Source: Antedon mediterranea (taxonomy: Eukaryota > Animalia > Echinodermata). Taken from it: a stretch of 64,000 nucleotides of DNA. The stretch spans positions 15,658,948-15,722,947 of the forward strand of contig NC_092673.1 of NCBI RefSeq assembly GCF_964355755.1, given 5' to 3'. Each line of letters opens with the position of its first letter. Position 1 is the stretch's first letter. Shown in pieces: positions 35,501 through 47,500 of this stretch. The notes under the pieces are model-generated. The model made no database searches, was not told the origin of the DNA, and worked only from the letters and a program-made list of their open reading frames with translations. The position numbers were made by a program, and so were the translations under genes.

Positions 35501-38500
35501 TGTTTTTTTAAACCACAACGTCATCGCAATGATTGCCATTATACAGTAAGGCCAGCCCTTCAGGCTTTAGTTGGGTAATTTGGTTTCATGGGAACAGGTA
35601 TCACTTGATGAGTACTACCCAAATGTAAATATTTAAAGTCTAAACAGGCCCCTAGCAATTAAAAAATAATTACGGGCACAATACCATGTTAAGTTAATTA
35701 CAGCAAATTTGGTATATTCTGTAAATCTTTTCCTTGAGGTATAAACACACATGATTCACACATACTGTATCCTTAATGAAAACGCAATGTGTAGTTCAGT
35801 TTACTGGCCACCCACTGGTTTTAGCCCACCTTTTACTCCTTTCACTGTGCCTAGCAAACGATGCGAATGGTGTATTTAGTGACATTTTCATGCAAAGTGA
35901 TCATGTGCTTTTATTGGCCTACCAGTTAAGAACTGTAATTTTGATCATGTTATCACATTATAAATGTTATTATTTTGTTCGTAGGTGCTGAGGAATTGCT
36001 TAGCATAGATATTGATTTTAGTGGATTTTTATATAAAAGATCATCTGAACGAAAAACAGATAAAATAACATCAGTCATACAAAGCAAGTTAAGTTTCCCG
36101 TTTGCAAAATGGCAACTACGATATGTGATACTTTACAAGGATTGGTTGTATTACTTCCAATCAGAGAAAAGCAAACGACCGAAAGGAGCGTTCTGTCTCA
36201 AAGGTTATCATAGGTATGAATCATATTTTTTCTAATCAGACTCTTTAGCGATAATCAATATGTTGTAATCAATATTCAATCATTACATTTTCTTTCATAA
36301 GAACCATAATTTATAAATTTATCTTCTTTAATTTTTGATAATCATTTATCTTTTTGGGTATTAAAGGCATCAAAACTTAAAACGTGATTGATGGCTATAT
36401 CACTATACAGCGTTATTGTCTGCCAACACTAATTCGGAAATGTTGGTTCCTTGTTGTGCGAAAAAGTCATAATTGTTTTTTAGAATATGACTATTGATAA
36501 CAAATTACCTGTACCACCAACTATCAATCTTATAATATTTGTGATATTTCAGAGTGATGAGGGCTGAAGAGGCATCTACAACCGATCAACGTTATGCATT
36601 CAAAATAATGGGCCCATCCCATAATATGAGGACATACTTCTTTGGAGCAGCATCAGAACGGGAAATGACGGTAGGTTCTCATGTTTTGTACCCAACATTC
36701 AACCCGGAAGTAGGGTTAATTTTGATTTGAAAGAACGAATATAGCAATTAAGGGCATACTGTACACTTTGTATAGCATAATAAAGAATACACAGATTCTC
36801 AATTTGTTTTTTTTTCCTCTAAGGTAAACAATATTATTAATAAAGATTATTGTTAAGACTGTAACCTAAACTATCTATTTTTAGCTTTTTTAATTATATT
36901 GTAAAAAAAATCAATGGTGTCTGCATTATACAGATCACCATCAGAGAATACTGCTGACGTACAGTGCTTATTTGTACCATGAACAGCAAAACAGGTACAA
37001 TAATAGTGTATTGTCAATTATTTTCATTGTCATATTGTGACAACTGATGACATACTTTAGCTAATTCTGTACTGTATTGTCCATCCAATTCCTTATCTCT
37101 TCATTTGATGTAGTCATCCATCCATATCAATGCCCTCTGTATGTTTTGTTTAGTACGCTCTTCTATTTTAAAAATTGTATTCAACAAAATACACTCTCAC
37201 AGTGTATTGGCTATTATATAACAGGAACAACATACCATGTGTATCGTCACCCCCCCCCCCCCCTCCATGTGAGAGAGAATTGTTTTGACATTAAGCAAAA
37301 GTCTGTACCACAAATAGCTAATATTAATACACTCAACAAACCTATACTGTATACGTTTTCTCCGTTTATTTTTACTAGTAATAATCATGGTAAGTCTTGG
37401 ATACACTACACTATGACTATAAAATTAAAAATACAAATTCTATTCTTATTAGTTATGGATGGCACACATCAGGGTTACTATGGAGAAGGCATTACACGGC
37501 AGTGCCAGAGACAGGTATGTAAGAATTGTGTACTATATGTGGGACTCCCACACTGAACACATTTATAGATGTCTTTTGGGTGGTGAGCAACATAGATGGA
37601 TGTAATTGCACTCAACGGAGAACCCACTATCAAAGTCTTCCACCCACCTTAAAGCTTATGTTAAAGACTCCTTCCCTACGTTTTTTAGATCTAATTTAAG
37701 ATCACAAACTATATTTAATGTAAAAATAATACTATATGGTCCTATTGCGATAACTTTTTTCGTCATTAAACGGTTAAAAATGTGAAAAATAAGTTGATTC
37801 TAATAATTATAGCGGCCCGCTATAAATCTAAAAATGCATTGCGTGCGGATTTATATTTTTGTTTTTCTTCTGTAATTCACCCACTTTTCGATTGATCGTG
37901 AGGCCAAAACCAATGGAAGACTCCTAACTTTTCAGTGAAAATACCGGGTTTTCCCCAATCTGAGTCTGGCAAAAATAGAAAGACAATTAATGCAGCAACT
38001 ATACAACTTCAGACTAGGTATATAGCTAGCGTTTGATGTTCGTACGTTACCGATGTTTACCAGCTAGGCTTACAAAACTAAGCCTACAGTAGCTAGGCTA
38101 GGCCTGAAGACCGTCCACGAGAGGTCATTCGCCGCGAGCTACTGAGGTAGTGCATTGTTTCTCACTTTTTATCATAATTTACAATAAAACGTACATTTAA
38201 GACAAGGAATGACCTGGTTTAATGTTTTTAAAGTAATATGTATTATTTTACAAAACGTCACAAATTGTAGGGAAGGGGTCTTTAAGGTCTCACCCAACAT
38301 ACCAACCAACCAAAGAAACCTCTGGATAACTAAAAGTACTGTTTTATCGCTTCCCACCAACCAATAACCTTTTTACACCCCACTCCTACACTTTAGCTAC
38401 ATATAATCTTTTACCCATTATTTGCAACCCAACCCGATGGATAAATATGAAATCAAAAATGTTGAGAAGTAAATTTAATATAAAAACAAGAATAAAGAGA

Positions 38501-41500
38501 TAAATGAATTGAAGTTAATTACTTTAAAAGCATTTAAAATTGTGCATTTTTATTCTACACTTTATGATATAGATCATTACAGCTTCTAAAAAATTTAAAA
38601 GAAAAGAGCGACCGTGTATTCTCCCAAGTGTGTGAGCTAGATGAACAAAACAATTTCCGAAGGGATTCAGTTAACAGTAGTGACAGTCAAAATGAACAAA
38701 TTTATGATGAAATTGAGAAACAATTGCCTTTATATGACGATACAGAATGCCTGCCAGATATTGGTGAAAGACCGTTACCGAGGCCGCCAGCAGAATGGAG
38801 TCCTGACTCGGGTAATTCCAAACCAGGTATGTGTTTACAGATCACTATTGAGTTATGTTCATTCTCATATAAACTGTTATGTTAATATACCTGTTGTGTT
38901 ATAAAGATAGGAATGAAAAGAGTAGTTTACCGAGAAATACCGAGGTGGTTTGGAGGATTTACAAAAGTGGTTGAAACAGTGTACCAAGGTGCTTGGGAGG
39001 GTGTACCAAGGTGGTTGTGAGGGTATTACAGAGGTGGTTGGGACAGTGTACCAAGGTGCTTGGGAGGGTGTACCAAGGTGGTTGTGAGGGTATTACAGAG
39101 GTGGTTGGGACAGTGTACCAAGGTGGTTGGGAGGCTGTACCAAGATGATTGGGAGTGTGTACCAAGGTGTGGTTGGGTATACCAAGGTCACCCACCTTGC
39201 CAAGGTGGTTGGGCGGGTGTACCGAGGTGGTTGGGAGGATATACCAAGCCCTCTTGTACATTAAATATTATTAAATTAGATAAACAATTCATGATGACAA
39301 TGCAAAAATAAAATTCATATCCCAGAAAAGTGTGTGTGTGGGTGATTATGGCTTTTCCATTCATACTATAATTGTTTTGATAAACCCTTTATCTGTGACA
39401 CTACAATGAATAATCAACCAGTGGTGGTGTTTCTGTGGTATTAAACATTTTGAAAATAAATGTCATTGTCTTGTTGTGCAATTTGAAAAAAAAAAAATTT
39501 GTCTAGTATTGTATTACAAACAACAAAGAAACTATTAATATTCTGTTATATATATATTTACCACAAATTTCCTCATACTTCAAAAACTCTAGCATTGTTA
39601 GGAAGTGTTTCAATTGAGCTACACCACACAAGTAGTTTATTGACATTTCGTTCAACAATACCATCAGTTTTTAAAATAATATACATAAATAAAATACTTT
39701 ATTTAATTTATTAGTGCTTTTATTTTTTCTTGAAATTATACCAAATTGAAGTACAGTAAGTAATTTGTTTTATAAATAAAAAAATTGTTTAGTTGAAATG
39801 CATGTTTTGTTTTACCTACTGTATAAGCAAGTAAAGTAAGAAAACCACTACCGGCACCACCTCCCCGACATGATGGCTATGTAGTAAATAAAGGTAACAG
39901 TTTAACAACAAGTTTGCTCACAATTTCTAGATTCTGCTATAGATTCAGTAGGTAGTTGCTGTAGTATTGCCGTCTTTGTCATCTTGGCTTCATTTTAGTG
40001 TTTAGATTGTTTATCTTTGTTTTGTTTTTATGGCTACCTTTAACTCACTGCCGTTTTTTTATTTATTTTCTTTATGTTTGGCCGTATGTGTAAAAGAAGA
40101 AACGCAAAATTTACCAAATTTATGCAAATCAAATTAATTAATCTATACACAAAACATGTAACTTTTAACAAGTTTACCAAATACAGTATATAGATAATAA
40201 TTGCAAAAGGCAACCACAATTCTTTGACCTCCATTTACAGTCAACTCTCCCAATACCGGACTCTCTGAAAACCAGAAACTCTCCCAATACCAGACTTTTT
40301 TTGAGGACCAAAAGGTCCCAAATTTATATTTACCATTAAAAACACATTCCGAATACCAGACTTTCCGGAAAACCAGACTTATTTGGCCGGCCCGGACAGT
40401 CCGGTATTGGGAGAGTTGACTGTATTTATATTATTTGACCTGACAAAGGACTTTTTCAAAATCTTGGCAAACTATGGATGTTATGTTTTCAATTGGTTTG
40501 ATTTACTGATATCTATTTTTCTTTTTATAAACCTTTAAAGCTCTGTCTACACTATCAAACTAGTTGACAAAAAATGTGATGTGCCCAAATATGGTAGTAA
40601 TTATGACAGCATCCATATGTGGGCACATCAGATTTTGTTGTCACATAAAGTTTGATAGTGTAGACAGAGCTTAAGAATAATTGTATTCTCTTTTATTGTA
40701 AGTGACAGGGATATACATTTTTTTTAAGCTACATTTAATTTTTCAAGATTTTTTATTCAGTATACATAATACAAATGTAATTCTGAAAAATAAGAATATG
40801 TAATATGAAAAGCATAAATCAAAATTTATATATTAAAACATATTTTCATTTCTTAGGACTTCATGTATTTTATTTTTTCTATTTCATTCAAATCTTAATA
40901 CACTAAAACCTCTCCCTTGGGACACCCCTAATTTATTCAGGGGACACTCATGAAACGATTGAGAGGAAATTTTAACATTTTGCAATATTTTACTTAATCA
41001 AATTATGCATTCTACCCGTTAATTGTTACTTTTTTTTGTTGAATATGCCATTTTAATGTCCCATTAATAGCCACTTCAAAGACCAAAAACTGGATTGAAA
41101 ATAAAAATGTTTTTATCCTGAAAAAAACTGTAATTTAAAGCAAAAAAATAGTCAAATTGGCTGCCAGCCATGGGTTTTTGGTTGAATTTACCATTTATTA
41201 GTCTGTTTCTAAGTGAAAACATTTTTTGCTACGGAAGTGATTAACTTTATTAAAACTACTAAATAACATATTCAAAGTCTGATTTAATTAATCTTTATTT
41301 TTCATGTTTTTGGGGACAATACATCTTTAAAGATGAATTGTGGGGACAATACATCTTTAAAGATGTATTGTCCCCCTGAAAAAATAATTCTTAAAACAAA
41401 ATTTTGTTGAATATTCTATTTTAATGTAACGTAATAGTTATCCACTTTGACCAAAAATTGGGTCTAAAAAAAGTGTATTTACCTGAAAAAATGTAATTTA

Positions 41501-44500
41501 AAGCAAAAAATGGTCAAATTGGCTGCCAGCCAATGGATTTTTGGTTGATTTTAACCATTTATTTTGACATTTTACAAGTGAAAACATTATTTTTTTTCGT
41601 TTTTTTTTCGACGGATGTGATTAACTTTATATTAACTACAAAATAAGGTATTCGAAGTCTGATTTAATTAATCTTCATTTTTCATGTTTTTGGGGGACAA
41701 TACATCTTTAAATGTTTTGTATATTTTTACCTAATTGTCAAGTTCATCACAGTATACTGTACATGATGCAATAAAGTGAATGAAATTGATATAATACTAA
41801 TAGGGAGGTTTCGCAACCTTACGAATACGATAACGAAAACGGATACGTCACACATTTGTGAAACTTTTCGTAAAGCGTATTCGTGTTGACGAATATCACC
41901 AGTCATATTCGTAACTACAAAATGAGTATAGTTTTTGATCTATTTTGCACATTTTTCATTTGAATCAGGAATGATTCATGACTATAATATAATTATACCT
42001 TTATTGAAAGTAATTTACTAAAGTAATTTACTAAAATGCCAGGTCAATTTTGATAAATAGCAGTTTTTAAAGTCTTCACTCGCTTTGATGTTACGCTAGG
42101 CCTAGGCAGCCAAGCACCAAGCAACACGTACCTGCGCTTCGCTCAAATTTACCACAGTCATATTTTGGACGCGCCTCGATATTTCGTTGCCATGCGAAAC
42201 AGATTTTTTTTATGGCTTACGAAAACGAATACGTGTGGGTGACGTATCCGTTGTCGTTATCGTATTCGTAAGGTTGTGAAACCTCCATATTGTCTCTATT
42301 CAGTCTAATATGAAGGTGTCCCCTTAATAGAGGTTCTACTGTATATTTTAGAATTCTGCAATTTCTAACAATATATTTTTCCTAAAAAGATTGCCGTGCA
42401 AGATCTGATACCGTCACTCCGTATGTCAATAGCTCCCTCCATTCAGAAGAGCCCCTCAAACGTTTCAGATCCAAAAGAGGTGTCATGTTTTTCTCACCCC
42501 GGCTAAAGAGGCATATTCCCCTTACCCCACAGAGTGAGTCATGCATGAACTGCATGATGATCATGACATGTTTGACTTGTTTGTGTTTTGAATCGTTTTG
42601 TCCGAGCATGACTGTGGTTTTGAAATGTGCTTGTGCTTTCTATGTGCTTTTGATTCTTACTGCTTTTAATGTGTCATAGCCTTGCATTGCATATTATTAC
42701 ACACACCCTGGGTGTAAGCCCACTCTGGATGTACAATAAGCCCATCACATGATAATATTAATCATACATTTTTCACAATAGATGTCAGAGTCCCTGAATC
42801 CATTTTACGTATTTTCATAAGATTGCCATTTATATCAAATACTAGTCCAAAATTGCAATTTAAATGTTTTGCAGAAACCTCTATAAAGTTAGGTTGTTTA
42901 ATTTAAGCCTAGCCCCAGTGGCGTAACAACTATTGAGCGCTCACTGGCTAAACTCAGAGCTTACAGGGCCCCTGAACAAAGCCCAGAGGAAACTAAAGGC
43001 ATTAAAATATGTCGAAAGAGGCTAAAAACGCCCAAGACCACTTAGGGTCCTTACACCACTGTTTAGCATTGCTTAGCCCTCACCATAAGAAAACTCCATG
43101 AATAGTTGCAATTTATCTTTCCCATAACAATTGGAAACTGTAGTTCGATTACTGCAAAACAGCTGCAGGACAGGAAAATGCCACTGCCTAGACAATGCCA
43201 CTATGTAAAGAAGCAACAGTCTCTACTATAATATTAATAAATATGTTTCAATATGCAATGTTAATTTGTTTACAATTATCTGTTCTTTTAGTACCAATAG
43301 CAAGCAAGAGATTTTCAGCTGAACTTAGATCTAAATTTGGGATGAGATTTTCAAGTGAGTTTACAACCTACTGGGATTTATTTTTTTGCTAATTATTATT
43401 TTTTCTTTTTTACACGTGTCAATGTATGGGAAGAAAGGGCAGGAATGTGCATATTTGTACCTAAGTTTGATTGGAGGATTGGAGATTACATTAGTTTTTG
43501 TAAATAATATGTCAGATGTTTGGTTATTACTGTGCATTTCTAACAGACTTGTTGCATGCTCAGTTGTGCCAGTTTACATGTACTTTCATAGTTATATAAA
43601 ACAAAGGATGAATATTTTTTGTTAAAAGATGAAATCATTGATTCATAAAAATATTCATTGCACTCAGTTCTCAGTATATGATTGTATATAATATAATGAA
43701 TATTGCATTTATTTATGCATGATTTAAATCATAAAAACATTTTTATATGTCAATGTCATGAATCACTACTGTTTTAAATTAAACTTTGATCTCTTTGCGC
43801 TTTGCTATATAAAGATTTTGAATTGTTGTAGAGTGGCCTGGTTGGTTGACCAATTCCAGGTTTTATTCCATCCTATTTGGACAGAATGTCAACATAGGCA
43901 CAACGCAAATGAGTTAACCAATCACAAGCGACAGTTCGGATGATCCATCCTATCGTGATTAGTCAAATTACTTGTGTCGAATCCAAGTGAGAACAAAGTT
44001 TTAACCTCATTAGGTACTTGGTTTAAAAAGCATGGGTTTCCCATCTTGTTATTGTCGAATCATGTATTTGCTGCTGCATGGTGTGAGTAAAGATAACCTT
44101 TTTATTACTTTGTATACTTTAGCACTTGACAGTGATGATGATGATGAGGATGAAAATGGGTGTGTCCAGGATTATTTATCACCTACAACTGCTACTTGCC
44201 CTCAAAGGGTTAGTCTAACAACAGCACCTAAGCCTCAACCTAGACCTCCAAGACGAAAATGTGATGAGGAACCAAAAAATAAGTTTACAAACCCTCATGG
44301 TCTTCGGTAAGTATCTTATATATAAGAATATACAGTACTATACTCCCTCCCCTCTCTATCTCTCTCTCTACTTAAATTCACTCACTGTATACCATAATAA
44401 TTGTTAGTAGTGCAAAGCTTTGCACACTGAGTGAGTGTGGCCGAGCGGTTATGACAGTGCAGGCCCGTAGCCAGTGGTTTTGGGGGGTTCGGGTGAACCC

Positions 44501-47500
44501 CTCTTTTACCAGCGAACCCCTCCTTGAAAAACAAAGGCCCCACTTCCAAAATTGTGCAATTAATTATCAATTATGGAATACCGTAGTGTACTGTCTCTGC
44601 ATAACTCAGATTTTAGTAGGTACAAAATGTCTCTTTAAGCTGATTAAAACAACCGAAATTGCTCTGAGAGCCAAAAGATTCCAGGGGCCTTCGGCCTCTG
44701 GAGCCCAACCGGGGGCCCTTGGCCCCCCAGCCTACAGTTACTCGCTGCGCTCGCAAAATAATTGGTGTCAAGAAAACCCCCCTCTGATGCATTCTGGCTA
44801 CGGACCTGCAGTGCAACCGTAATCCATAACCATAACATCGGTAAGCGTTTGAGGCTCACTCGCATCATGCTTCTGGTGGTAGAACAAATCTTCTTGGATA
44901 AGGACTATAAACGTAGGTCCAGTGTGCACAAAATGTTTGTGTGCACTTTAATGAACTAGTACATCTTTTGAGATGAGTAGGGGGTTACCCCGGTGTAATA
45001 GCACACACATCCATTATGTGAAAAAAAATGTGGTATACCCATATATGGACACAATGACATTATTACTACCATACAGTATGTGGGCACATTACACTTTTTT
45101 TTAATAATTTGATAGTGTAGACAGAGCAAAAAAGAAAAAAAAAATTTAATATAAGTAATCATTTTATAAATTTTTTTATGTGAGTTTATTACAAAAAAAT
45201 TTCTACAATTTTATTTTTGTTAAGGCGAAGACCAGATGGAAACAGTTTTCGGGACAAACATAGTGAAACGGTAATTGCACTTTAGTTTGTCTATTTATAT
45301 GATTTTCCTTTCTCTTATTTTAACGTATAGCACATCCTCCCAACATACAAAATATGTAAGCAATACAGTAAACTATTCCAAAACTCAGATCCATCTAAAG
45401 TTAGTAGCGTTCTATGAAACATATATTGCTTTGTTTGCTATAGAGTGTGCAAAACAGCTTAAATGGCTTATTGGTTGAAGACATGAGTGATTTATTTTTG
45501 TGAATTGGCTATAAATGAATACAAAAATGACATTTTTGTCTTTTAGCATATTGGTAAGAAACCCCCAGCTCCGCCGAAGAAACCTCAGATTTCACCAAAA
45601 CCAAACATGACCAAACCAAGTTCAACATACAATAAGGTAAAAGACTAGACAAGTCAGATAATAAATTACTATTTGTTGTAATTATTAAATATTTTATGTT
45701 ATAAAAGTGGAGCGTAGCTTGGTGGTTAACATGCTTGCCTTTCAATTCTAAGCCCGGTACAATCCTGACCTAGAGCAAGGGTTGTAACTCTTTCAACTCC
45801 ACTCAAATGAGACTTGGTTTATAAGCATGATAAATTATTAAATAGTCAGGGGCGGATCTAGGATTTTGATAAAGAAGGGGTCGATATGGAAAAAATAATT
45901 GTCTATTTTTTTTCTAGACTCCCAGAGAGAGCATCTGAGGCGTTTTGGCCAGTCGATTCTTGTCATATAATTATCTGAATATACTGGGTTTTATAGACCA
46001 TATTTTAAAATATATTAAAATATACAGAACTGTTTTTTTTTGCGCCTAAAGCCTTTTTTCCCGTCGCAAATTTTTACACATTTTGTACGCGATCGTTAAT
46101 GGTTTCTTGGTTCTTTCGACGTTGCTGGGACACATGGACGTGAAGTTTTGCAAAGCCAAGGCCGGTCACGCGCGCAACCGGGCCCGTGTGAAAATTGAAA
46201 AAGTTACGGGTTTTGATGCTTCAACCCAGCCGGCCTAGGACATGTTTTCGCTGATATTGTTACACTAAAGACAGACATTAAATTATATTGTTTTTATATT
46301 AAAATTTAGTTTTACTTACACTTGTTATTTTGAAATATCAGACTTTAAAACATCATCGCGTTGTAAAAAATCATTGTCAGCGCGTCCGTATTTTTTCACA
46401 AACAATGATGACGTAATTTATGAACTATATGATTGGTCAGTCGGTTCTACCGATCGTAACGTTAAAGTTTAACTTGGTTCAACTTTGAAAAAAAATTGAA
46501 GATTTTAAAGATTTTTAATGTTAATTTGTACTCCCTTTTCCTGTAAAATCGTATGTAAATGGGTGCATAATATATATATATACAGTATATATATATATAT
46601 ATTACAAAAGGGGGAAACGGGGCTGCTGCTCGCTGTTAGATGCATATAAAATAAAAATATATTGAGTTGTATATCTAGAGGGGGTATTTATTTGATTATA
46701 CATGTTACCATTATACACCCAAATAAAAACAAGAAATGCCTTAACACCCCCCCCCCCCCCCCCTAAACCCTTCAGAACATAAAATGCCCCAGGGAGTTAA
46801 TTTGTAAAAATCAATACGGTAAATGGAAGTAAAATGAAATATTGCATTACTTATTTACTTTTACATAAATTATTGTGGTTAGGTCTTGATTCACTGATCC
46901 CATTACTAATTGTACATTTCCACTGCAGGTTGGAGCCATTAGGGATATATTACCAGATTCTGCAATATTTGAGGAAAGTGACAAGGTGAAAGCAGAAGAG
47001 TAAGTCATGTTTTAATTTTCCTGTTATTGTCCTGTCAATAATGATCAGGATGGATGGACCAACCTCATTAAATATTGTTAAAATAAAAAACAAAAATTTA
47101 AAAATTCCAATGATTATATTGATTATGCATTATATCTGCATCACAAATTATCTGGCACTGAACCACCTTGTTCCTTTTGATATTCAAACACTGTAGTCTA
47201 TTTCGAAAAGAAGCCTCTATCTTGAAAAGAAGCCCAGTAGGCTTGAATTTGGGATGGGCTTTTTTTCAAGATTACTTTTGCAGACCAAAGAGGGGGTTCT
47301 CACCCAGATGGTCTTGCTTTCGAGGTTTTACGGTATTTTTGTTCAATATTGAGTATACTGTAGGCTACTCTAGCAGAGCGAGTACTATAACAGAATTACT
47401 GAATCTTTATGTCCGATTTTTTCAGAATGCTAAAAGGTCCGAAGTTTGAGGGAATGTACTTGATAAGAAATAGTGCACAGGCAGGTCAAAAGGTATCATT

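Noticed and set aside
38959-39311. Overlapping 100-aa and 83-aa ORFs
   Set aside because: They arise from the 23-bp minisatellite.
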